Position numbers and translations under genes: made by a program
The notes under the pieces: model-generated
The model's database searches: none
The model's input: only the letters and a program-made list of their open reading frames with translations
What the model was told of the DNA's origin: nothing
Virus record (IMG/VR): IMGVR_UViG_3300035070_002308
Location: 1 to 29,548 of that record
Length of the DNA: 29,548 nt
DNA from: a virus
Lineage: Duplodnaviria > Caudoviricetes
Strand: one strand, 5' to 3'
In this document: positions 17,601 through 24,607 of the stretch, one piece after another
Numbering within the stretch: the stretch's first letter is position 1
Layout of the letters: each line of letters begins with the position of its first letter

Positions 17601-20326
17601 AATATAATCAAGTATTAGGCACTAAGATTCCTTTCTTTGCGGCAGGCTCTACTGTAGTTGGCCCTGAGAACATGCGTAAGTATAAAGACATGCTACGTGA
17701 AAGAGATAAAAACTTAAAAGGTTTTGTTCCTAAGTTCGAGTATGACATACAACGACAACAGTTCCTTAAAGGTGGTGTTGTTGAAGTACCTAACGCTCCT
17801 AAAGAACCGGATGAAAGAATTAATAAAGTTACTGGTTTGCCGTACAACTACCAAGCTGGCTCAGCTTTCATGGACGAACTAGATCCTCAGAAAGTAGAGC
17901 GACAAGGATTCAGTATTGGATCACTTGTAACTAAAGGGGCTACAAAGCTTTCAGGTTACTTAGCTGAAACTATTAATGATGCAACAGATGGCATCTTAGA
18001 TCCTCGATTAATTAACGATGCAGTCGATGGTATTAAAGAGTCTGCTGGTTTAAGCGGCGCTAAAGGACAGGCTGATGAGTTTTACGACCCAGACCAAGCT
18101 GACTTCGGAGCTATTGTTGGCTCACAAGTAGATGAGTTTGGTGGTGAAGAAGAGCTTGAGGAATACATAGCGTTAAGTATGAAGACTATTTTAAGGGAAA
18201 AGGATCAAGATGTCAAGCCTTATTCTAAAGAAACTTTAGCTATACAAGAAAAAAGTAAAGGGGAATACGGCGAAGACTTCCAGATCTCTCGTGGATACAC
18301 TCAAGATGAAATAGATGATTTTAATTATCAAGCTGAGATGAGCGACGAAGCTGATCCTGACCAGAGCTTGTTTGCAGATATTGCTTTCTATTTAACAGAA
18401 GCTCGTGAAGCATCTAAAGCACACGTAAGTACGTTAGCGCCCGCAGATAAACTAGAACAGGTACAAGGACTAGAAGATATTGTAGATATTTTTGCTAGGA
18501 ATAATAAGTTTATACCTTCTGATGACATTACCGATGAAGGTAGAAAAAAGATTATAACTAACTACATTGCTAACAATTCTGATAACGCTGAACTTATGAC
18601 AACTTTAAAGTCTATGCAAGCTGAGTCACCTAAAAATATAGTAGGTCAAGAAGGCGTGATAGCTGAAGACGTGAGGTTAAAAAACTTAGAAAGCTTCTTA
18701 GACTCATCTATTGAAAAGACTCCTAAGTTCCGAGGCATCTCTGACTTCGCAGAAAAAGACTTTGAGGTAGCATTTGTATCCCCTAGAGAAATGGGTGTAC
18801 ACGTAGGTACTGAAGGCCAAGCAAACTACATGGCAGCTAGAGGAATCAACGACCGTAAAGCTGAAGACGTGTTATCAATCCCCGGCTCTGGTAAAGGTAA
18901 AATGGAACGTTCTGAAATGGATAGGTTCTTTGCAGATGAGCAAGCTCGTCGTGAAGGGATGACTATGGAAGATGTAGACTTTGATAACATAACTCCAGAT
19001 GAACTAGATCAAGTAGGCTCAATGGACTTAGCGCCCTCGAGTGCCATGCCTAGCGTTAGTATAATGAAAGGCTACGTAAACGTTAAGAACCCGTTGGTCT
19101 TTCCTACAGACGCTTCTAACTGGTCAGCAGAGAATCTTTTAAGCTCATCTTCTGATCAACTTATAGACGCACTTAGGTCTGGATTAGGAAAGAAGATACC
19201 TAAGAAATTCCAAGATAGATTAAATGTTTTAATGGCAGATGCTTTAGAAGTTCCTGCGCTCCCTGACATCTTTAACAGTTCAGAGCAGTTACTAACAAGT
19301 AGCTTACGACAGGTGACACTAACTAAAAAGCTACAAAAGCTTTTAGAAGACATGGGTTTTGATTCTATTAAGTATCGCAACATGGTCGAGCCTTCACTAC
19401 AAGGTGAAAGAATTAGCAGCTCTTATATTTTATTCCGACCTGAGCAGTATAAGTCTGTGAATGCTAGTACGTTTGATAAAGAAGATAAACGCATGATGCG
19501 CTACGGTGGTGGTGAAGTGCTTGAAGTACCTGAAGTACCTGAAGTACCTGAAGTACCTATAACCCCTGAAGTATCTGAAGTGTCTAAATTCACAACCTTA
19601 TTAGGCACTAAAGATGGCGGTAAATGGGAAGGGAGTACAGATACAATATATGTTCCAGCAACAGGTGACAAATCTGGAGCTACGGTGGGTACAGGTTTTG
19701 ATATTGGACAATTAGGTTCCGTTAAAGAGTTAGAAAATTTAGGTCTAAGCGAAAGCATGGTAACTAAACTGACTCCATATTTAAATTTAAAAGGTGAAGC
19801 AGCTAGAAAGTTTGTAGCTAAAAACCCTTTAAAGTTATCTTCTGAAGAACAAACTGCGGTAGATTCAGTGGTGGTAGGTAAAACAATTGACCAAGTTAAG
19901 TCTCGGATGAAAGACCCCACAGCTTGGAATGACATGACAGAGACTGAGAAGTTTGCAGCTATTGCAGCTCAACATCAATACGGTGATAATACAGAGCTGC
20001 CCGTACAGTACGGCAATAGAGACTTTACAAAAGCTACAGAAAATTTAAAAACTTGGTCAGATACGACAGAAGGTATGGGAGATAATATAGCTGCTAAATA
20101 CCACGGTTTAATAAGTGATATTTTAGTTGAACAAAAAGCTAAAGGGCGAGTAGCTCCAGCAGCGCCAGAAAAACTTGACGATCCTATGACTATTATTAGA
20201 TCTTCGGATAATAAAGAAGTTGCTAACGTCACAGCAGACCAGCTAATCGAAACAGGCTTATCGTTTTCAGAGTACATGAAGCAGTGGAAAGAAACTAAAA
20301 ACCGCCCTGTAGCTAAAGAGGAGTAA
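14615..20326 (+). CDS. Large polyvalent internal virion/ejection protein: helical core + ART-PolyVal-like domain + pesticin-like muramidase
   Basis: Start moved to ATG 14615 (GAGGA at 14602-14606). Core has ENYIPRMWN and FFRMNFLDQWTKF. ART-like motifs lie at 18695-19477. WEG...YVP...SGATVGTGFDIGQ...LTPYLNLKG starts at 19625. Confidence 0.8.
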   Translation: MSDTLLSRMEQMHSGLDNYEGETIEPLLSEEEINRVTSYKRPTVTNFENDAEVVRDYDILTSYLGDHQDFATKMLDSDSGPAEFLRDDFMRITSVAGKSSAMADAPEDVKRAYRDLRAKWEDTEVTGTKETLDAAKDYGMDVLANFETLPAVLSVVFGNVGGAAASASVRTGAKAALAKVLAKSAANPVKSAAAYTGAITGMQDLAVQDLEIEIGERKGGINVGQAAMAAGSGALMGGALSYGIGKVASKYATKRLTDDLEKAPVMSESKGMALFDEGIDGEWIPASGSKVVNAADRLLEGPEGSVVNMKDVDVDNVVNDFVNDIGGGDATKEEFKSVVTGALNSGATGEQIKNKLAFSVWQFTTDLTGNLFGKSAGVLTPYTKFSKTAKTLQTRLSHEFAEGFGKTKKRIGMDLSEAQARYTGEFNTQYLKIVEPLALNTIKGDVSDKVNDLLNQAIRGDFKGVPKEIGIAAKQIQGLYKTIGDQLYSEGVIANKIENYIPRMWNRKAIESDPERFESLLMKSGEAKNAAEAKRITESMLDIENQLDGGSGGQFFAAKRKFTFKDDSVFTDFLNTDLIGMTADYNYQAGKALAKKKVLMASNEKEFMSQWINPIVKEMKSAGKTLNKKEREQIRELYRSATGENMERYGSKMQTAADSYSLGTRLALLPLATIGSLTEVFINIGKAGVLNSVKGFAEASELSFKKMTGDLHSELMTKKGMTANEAFRELKKHSLAMEQAQSQAGNRLGGDDFASDTMQKVSNKFFRMNFLDQWTKFVQTTSYISGRNLIEENIEKLAVHGNQPVTPRIETLRGELLELNIDPDDGIAWFKGGAKKEDAFTDQINNGAARYTNSVILQPSAMSGLKPLLHSNPKTMIAFQLLGYPAAFTNTILKGAAKAVTKDAGRNVPKLAMAGLLMTETARMTNYYRSNGKSERDTTPTEARLSAIKRWGGNGMLFDNLQRASDAAKYSGTITGYATAPFGPIATDALGLAYGKYNQVLGTKIPFFAAGSTVVGPENMRKYKDMLRERDKNLKGFVPKFEYDIQRQQFLKGGVVEVPNAPKEPDERINKVTGLPYNYQAGSAFMDELDPQKVERQGFSIGSLVTKGATKLSGYLAETINDATDGILDPRLINDAVDGIKESAGLSGAKGQADEFYDPDQADFGAIVGSQVDEFGGEEELEEYIALSMKTILREKDQDVKPYSKETLAIQEKSKGEYGEDFQISRGYTQDEIDDFNYQAEMSDEADPDQSLFADIAFYLTEAREASKAHVSTLAPADKLEQVQGLEDIVDIFARNNKFIPSDDITDEGRKKIITNYIANNSDNAELMTTLKSMQAESPKNIVGQEGVIAEDVRLKNLESFLDSSIEKTPKFRGISDFAEKDFEVAFVSPREMGVHVGTEGQANYMAARGINDRKAEDVLSIPGSGKGKMERSEMDRFFADEQARREGMTMEDVDFDNITPDELDQVGSMDLAPSSAMPSVSIMKGYVNVKNPLVFPTDASNWSAENLLSSSSDQLIDALRSGLGKKIPKKFQDRLNVLMADALEVPALPDIFNSSEQLLTSSLRQVTLTKKLQKLLEDMGFDSIKYRNMVEPSLQGERISSSYILFRPEQYKSVNASTFDKEDKRMMRYGGGEVLEVPEVPEVPEVPITPEVSEVSKFTTLLGTKDGGKWEGSTDTIYVPATGDKSGATVGTGFDIGQLGSVKELENLGLSESMVTKLTPYLNLKGEAARKFVAKNPLKLSSEEQTAVDSVVVGKTIDQVKSRMKDPTAWNDMTETEKFAAIAAQHQYGDNTELPVQYGNRDFTKATENLKTWSDTTEGMGDNIAAKYHGLISDILVEQKAKGRVAPAAPEKLDDPMTIIRSSDNKEVANVTADQLIETGLSFSEYMKQWKETKNRPVAKEE
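19522..19557 (+). repeat. 9-bp tandem repeat TGAAGTACC x4 (EVP linker) with degenerate flanking copies
   Basis: Read directly; degenerate copies at 19513-19521 and ~19567-19584. Confidence 0.95.
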
Positions 20327-20327
20327 T

Positions 20328-20525
20328 ATGCCTAACATTAAAAACATAAAAGACCACAAAGCCTTTGCACGTACAGACGGAAAGACTGACGCAATGTATA
20401 TGGCTATATTAGAACTTATAACAACTCACGTTGAGGACGGAGCAATCAGTCCGACAGAAGCGGTGGGAGTTTTAGACTGGGTTAAATCAGTTATAATTTT
20501 TACCAACACAGACTTTGATATTTAA
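20328..20525 (+). CDS. Hypothetical protein (65 aa)
   Basis: RBS GAGGAG; abuts the previous stop. Confidence 0.75.
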   Translation: MPNIKNIKDHKAFARTDGKTDAMYMAILELITTHVEDGAISPTEAVGVLDWVKSVIIFTNTDFDI

Positions 20526-20548
20526 TAACCAATAAGAGGCAACACATT

Positions 20549-20821
20549 ATGGCAGCACAAGTAGTAGTAGGCACAGCATTCAACCCTAACATGAAAAATT
20601 CTAACGGTCAAGGTGTTCTTCAAATCGTAAAAGGAGACACTAATGTAACTCTTTATGGAAGTATAAATGGTACGGATTATGCTCTCATTGAAACTTTTGA
20701 CGCAAGCACTATTAAAGAAATTATCCTTTGCCCTTACTTTAAAGTGAGCGCAGCGACTGATGGAACATTCACAACAATCGGATCTTCCACAGTTTTCATT
20801 GACGAAACCCGCTCAACATAG
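20549..20821 (+). CDS. Small beta-rich protein, possibly virion-associated
   Basis: RBS AGAGG; VTLYGSINGTDY-type beta motif. Confidence 0.65.
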   Translation: MAAQVVVGTAFNPNMKNSNGQGVLQIVKGDTNVTLYGSINGTDYALIETFDASTIKEIILCPYFKVSAATDGTFTTIGSSTVFIDETRST

Positions 20822-20830
20822 GAGCTAAGG

Positions 20831-21400
20831 ATGGTAAACGGTATGATAAATTCTATAATAAACAACACAGTTACTTTAGTGCGGGTTCCGTTTGGTAATA
20901 TTGTATCCTCAGTGATTGCAAGTTCTCTTATAGACTCTACAACTGTAATAAGTGGCACTGCTAACATATATGGAAACATCTACTCAGGTTATGGTCAAGG
21001 TCAGGGGTATTACCACGGCTCAAGAAGCCCATCTACTATTGATCTAGCTGATGGTGTTACACATGGTATTGAATCTTTACGTCAACATAACAACAAGTTT
21101 GAACTGGCGTTAGGGAGTAACTCATCTCAATACTTAGCTTCTATTACTCCAGCAGGTAATGTTACTAACTCAGACGCAGGGGCATTTAAGACAGTTAAGC
21201 TGTACAACATTACAGGTGGTGGTGCTGGATACTTAGTGCTTACCCTTGAAAGAGCAGACATCCCTTACAGTCCGTTTGATAGGACGGGTTTCATCAACGG
21301 TAGCACTACGAATCTTAAATTTCCTCAATGGAAACAAACAACGGGTGAAGTAGGTGATTACTTCGCTAACCAAACAATAAGAGTAGAACTCTGGAGTTAA
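20831..21400 (+). CDS. Hypothetical beta-rich G/S/T/N protein, possibly an accessory fibre or adhesin
   Basis: RBS AGGAG; composition resembles virion surface proteins; function is inference. Confidence 0.6.
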   Translation: MVNGMINSIINNTVTLVRVPFGNIVSSVIASSLIDSTTVISGTANIYGNIYSGYGQGQGYYHGSRSPSTIDLADGVTHGIESLRQHNNKFELALGSNSSQYLASITPAGNVTNSDAGAFKTVKLYNITGGGAGYLVLTLERADIPYSPFDRTGFINGSTTNLKFPQWKQTTGEVGDYFANQTIRVELWS

Positions 21401-21401
21401 T

Positions 21402-21923
21402 ATGACACACTTAGTAAGAAAATTAACCAGCGTCTCTTCAGATGATATTACTCGTTTGTTTGAGGACTGTAAAAGTAAAATACTAGAAGGTACTTTACCT
21501 TTTGAAGGCACACCTACGGAAGCTGATGCACAGGTATACTTTAGCATAGGCATTCCTAATGCCCTTGCGATGCCACAGGGTGAAGTCTTTGGGTACTTTA
21601 AAGATGACCACCTATGCTTTATTCGTTACGCTTTAGTGACTGATGGTGTCTTAGAGCAGTCTTACTACCTAGCAGGAAACGATGCAGATGGTAGCAGGGC
21701 TTACTTGTATTCCCAAGAGTTCGCAGATGCGCTTAAAGCGTACTACCAAGCTAACTTCACAGCAGTAGACTCGTGGGCAATCGCTGGTAAATCTACAGCA
21801 GCCTTTGAAGAGGGTGTACTAAAACCTAACCTATATGAAACCGGAGGAGTCGCTTACGTCAAAGAAGACTTTACTGATGAAGTGACTAATATAACTTACG
21901 AAAAACGGACGATTACTTTTTAG
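21402..21923 (+). CDS. Hypothetical protein, weak GNAT-like pattern
   Basis: RBS GGAG. VRKLT...DDITRLF...VFGYFKDDHL recalls GNAT beta1-alpha1 and beta2-beta3, but no clear acetyl-CoA motif. Confidence 0.55.
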   Translation: MTHLVRKLTSVSSDDITRLFEDCKSKILEGTLPFEGTPTEADAQVYFSIGIPNALAMPQGEVFGYFKDDHLCFIRYALVTDGVLEQSYYLAGNDADGSRAYLYSQEFADALKAYYQANFTAVDSWAIAGKSTAAFEEGVLKPNLYETGGVAYVKEDFTDEVTNITYEKRTITF

Positions 21924-21931
21924 GAGACTTA

Positions 21932-22252
21932 ATGAACATAGACAACATACCTATGGTACGGTTGACTTGGCAGGATGCACAAGACAGTGATGGGGCGTGG
22001 ACGGCAATAGAAGATATTGTAGACCATGAACCCGCCACTTGTCAAGAGGTAGGCTGGCTAATTCACTATGATGACAATAAAGTAATTGTAATGCGTTCAA
22101 GAATAGTCGAAGAGGATGATGAATTAAACGAGGGAGGTGCTCATATTGCAATACCTACAACATGGGTATTAAAAATAGAAGAGCTTAAAGTGCATGAAGA
22201 AACTATTAATGATAATGTTGTTGCTTATAAGTCCATACACGCAAGCGAGTGA
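21932..22252 (+). CDS. Conserved small phage protein (W-x-D-A ... C-x-x-V-G-W ... IP family)
   Basis: RBS AGGAG; VRLTWQDA, CQEVGWL and IAIPTTWVLKI pattern is familiar from phage hypotheticals. Confidence 0.75.
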   Translation: MNIDNIPMVRLTWQDAQDSDGAWTAIEDIVDHEPATCQEVGWLIHYDDNKVIVMRSRIVEEDDELNEGGAHIAIPTTWVLKIEELKVHEETINDNVVAYKSIHASE

Positions 22253-22757
22253 AGCAAACGTAGGAGACTTTGGAAGTAACCAACAAGCAGAAACAATTAC
22301 AACTACAACTGAAACTACAGTGAACCAAGAAGGGATGCCAGTAACTACAGCAGTAGCTCCTTCTACACCAACATACCAGACAGATACTTGTATTGTTACG
22401 TCTGGTGCAGGGATGCAAACACTTCAGATAGGACTTAGTGCTTCAAGGATGAAGACAGATGAAAACTGCGAGCGTTTAAAGTTATCACGCCAGTTATCTT
22501 CGCTAGGTTTAAAGGTAGCAGCAACAAGTATTATGTGTCAAGACCCACGAGTTTGGTGGGCTATGAGAAACGCACAAACCCCATGTCCCATTAAAGGAAA
22601 AATAGGAGAAGAAGCCCTTGAATACTATATCCAAAACCCTAAGTACGTTCCTGATCAGCCTATCGTTGTCAACTCCACTAATTGCAAGCGACAACGACTT
22701 CGATATGACAGGACTACAAAGCGCCACAAGTACGATTACAAGTGTAATAACGAGTAA
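22194..22757 (+). CDS. Signal-peptide-bearing Cys-rich protein
   Basis: MKKLLMIMLLLISPYTQA signal peptide; DENCERLKLSRQL...GLKVAA...MCQDPRV...TPCP motif recalled from marine phage hypotheticals. Confidence 0.8.
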   Translation: MKKLLMIMLLLISPYTQASEANVGDFGSNQQAETITTTTETTVNQEGMPVTTAVAPSTPTYQTDTCIVTSGAGMQTLQIGLSASRMKTDENCERLKLSRQLSSLGLKVAATSIMCQDPRVWWAMRNAQTPCPIKGKIGEEALEYYIQNPKYVPDQPIVVNSTNCKRQRLRYDRTTKRHKYDYKCNNE

Positions 22758-23409
22758 CATTCAAGAGTATATTCAATGGACTCAAGAGTCTATGCTGGAC
22801 GGCAACACAATCATTTACAACAACGATGACGGAACTAGCTACGAGCTGACATCCGCACAGATGGATGTGTTTAACCAAGCGTATGCTGATGGATTAGTGA
22901 ACAGCACTCCAGAGGCTTTGTCGGCTGTCCTGCTTAATGATATGATTGACCTAGAGCAAGGCACCTACGAGGTTGAGAAAGAGACTCTAATTGAAGCAGC
23001 GAGCGAAATAGCGGCAGTGACGAGTATAGCTGAGATGCTTGTAGATGGTGATCAACAAACTAAGATCAATGCAGAAGCCTATGCTACTGAGAATGACTTG
23101 AGAGCTATTAAAGAATCAAGCCGTCAGAAGTTCAACACAAGCATTGACGGTATGCTAGAAGCAAGTATGACAAAGAACATGATTGAGGGTTATGCACAAG
23201 ACTCGTTTGTTATTGATACAATAGCTGCGTCATTTATGGCTACAAATACAGTAATGGATTTCTTTACAAATACTGCTATATCAATTGACAGTTTAAATGT
23301 ACGACAACTTAATTTAGATTGGAACCAACATAATGTAGGCGTAGAAAGTCAGATGTATTCTATTTACTCTGCCGAGGCTCAACAAACTTTGGAGATTATA
23401 CCACGATGA
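22618..23409 (+). CDS. Putative secreted acidic protein
   Basis: TTG start 9 nt after AGGAG (22604-22608); signal-peptide-like N-terminus; ATGA overlap with the next gene. Alternative start is ATG 22705. Confidence 0.7.
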   Translation: MNTISKTLSTFLISLSLSTPLIASDNDFDMTGLQSATSTITSVITSNIQEYIQWTQESMLDGNTIIYNNDDGTSYELTSAQMDVFNQAYADGLVNSTPEALSAVLLNDMIDLEQGTYEVEKETLIEAASEIAAVTSIAEMLVDGDQQTKINAEAYATENDLRAIKESSRQKFNTSIDGMLEASMTKNMIEGYAQDSFVIDTIAASFMATNTVMDFFTNTAISIDSLNVRQLNLDWNQHNVGVESQMYSIYSAEAQQTLEIIPR

Positions 23410-23786
23410 AACCAGAACAAATCGCACTATGGATAGGTATCGTTAGTTCTATTGGCGGTGCCGCAGTAGGATACGGAACACTAACAGAAAAGGTAGCAGC
23501 TTTAGAAGCTTCTACAGATAGTACAGTACTAGAGTCACGATTAACTAAACTTGAAACGAGGATTGAAGATAATGACATATCACATATTGGTACTGAAATG
23601 CAAGAGCTGCGTGGACAAGTTGAAAACACAGCTGACAAAGTTGCAGGAATTGTTATCCCAAGCACAAGTAAAATTAAATCAGATATTCGAGTGCTTGAAA
23701 CAGAAGTTGAAGGACTTAAAAGAAATGTTACTAACTTAAGTAGCAAGGTGGAAGTAATAGGTAAATCCTCTAACCCACTGCTATAA
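23406..23786 (+). CDS. N-terminal TM plus coiled-coil protein (i-spanin-like topology)
   Basis: RBS GGAG; IALWIGIVSSIGGAAVGYG hydrophobic helix, heptad repeats, C-terminal NPLL. Spanin role not established. Confidence 0.6.
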   Translation: MKPEQIALWIGIVSSIGGAAVGYGTLTEKVAALEASTDSTVLESRLTKLETRIEDNDISHIGTEMQELRGQVENTADKVAGIVIPSTSKIKSDIRVLETEVEGLKRNVTNLSSKVEVIGKSSNPLL

Positions 23787-23795
23787 GGAGAGGCC

Positions 23796-24284
23796 ATGTT
23801 TGGATTAATAACAATGCTGTTGTCTACTCTTGGCGCTACCGGCATGGGTTCGATGCTGAAGATGCTTGGTGGTGCTGTACAGGCCCGCAACGAAGCCAAG
23901 GAAGCTGAGGCTAAAAGAGAACTGATTCGAGATATGCAGATGAAAGGCGCTGATCTTGAGTTTCAAAAGGCGATATTCGGAGACGCAAGCAATGACCCAG
24001 AAGCAACTATCTTTACCCGCACTACTCGTAGGATTATTGCTCTTATCGGGATGCTCAACTTTGCCACCGTTTCCATCCTTTGCACCCTCTACCCAACAGT
24101 CGAGCTTGTTACCTTCATACCGCCAGAGCAAGCAAAAGAAATCAGCATCCTGTGGGGACTCTATAGAATGCCGATCGACCAAGGCATCACGACAGCCATT
24201 ACGACAGGACATATTTCTCTTGTCTCAATCACCACTCTGGGAGCTATAATAGGTTTCTATTTTACTCCGGGCGGTAAAAGATAA
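23796..24284 (+). CDS. Membrane protein with 2-3 hydrophobic helices, 3TM-holin-like
   Basis: RBS AAGGAG. N-terminal hydrophobic helix, charged helix, TRRIIALIGM TM and terminal GAIIGFYF...KR, resembling GTA-type 3TM holins. Confidence 0.6.
   Translation: MFGLITMLLSTLGATGMGSMLKMLGGAVQARNEAKEAEAKRELIRDMQMKGADLEFQKAIFGDASNDPEATIFTRTTRRIIALIGMLNFATVSILCTLYPTVELVTFIPPEQAKEISILWGLYRMPIDQGITTAITTGHISLVSITTLGAIIGFYFTPGGKR
23992..24249 (+). CDS. Candidate nested lipoprotein (o-spanin-like, 85 aa) in +1 frame
   Basis: GGAG at 23979-23982; MTQKQLSLPALLVGLLLLSG|C lipobox; Pro/Ser-rich mature N-terminus. May be a frame artefact. Confidence 0.35.
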   Translation: MTQKQLSLPALLVGLLLLSGCSTLPPFPSFAPSTQQSSLLPSYRQSKQKKSASCGDSIECRSTKASRQPLRQDIFLLSQSPLWEL

Positions 24285-24310
24285 AGCATGAGCACATAGG
24301 AGCGTAAAGC

Positions 24311-24607
24311 ATGAGCGCAGCTAAAGAAAAAGATTCTAAGTTAAAAAACGCAGGAGTCTCAGGATATAATAAACCTAAGAAGACCCCAAGCCACAAGACT
24401 AAATCACATGTGGTTGTAGCTAAGGTAGGGGATAAGACGAAGACTATACGCTTTGGAGAACAAGGAGCGAGTACGGCAGGTAAACCAAAAGCCGGAGAGT
24501 CTGCCCGTATGAAAGCAAAACGTGCCAGCTTTAAAGCTAGACACGCTAAGAACATTGCAAAAGGAAAGATGTCTGCGGCTTACTGGGCAGATAAGGTTAA
24601 GTGGTAG
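24311..24607 (+). CDS. Small basic phage protein (IRFG...SFKARH...SAAYW family)
   Basis: RBS AGGAG; very Lys-rich; motif familiar from marine phage hypotheticals; last gene of the + arm. Confidence 0.8.
   Translation: MSAAKEKDSKLKNAGVSGYNKPKKTPSHKTKSHVVVAKVGDKTKTIRFGEQGASTAGKPKAGESARMKAKRASFKARHAKNIAKGKMSAAYWADKVKW

Noticed and set aside
14600-20326. Giant protein as an N4- or crAss-like virion RNA polymerase
   Set aside because: No DxDGD/DFDID or single-subunit RNAP motifs recognised.
23551-23739. +1-frame ORF inside the i-spanin-like gene as an Rz1 equivalent
   Set aside because: No adequate hydrophobic stretch or lipobox (ILVLKC); looks like a shadow of coiled-coil codons.
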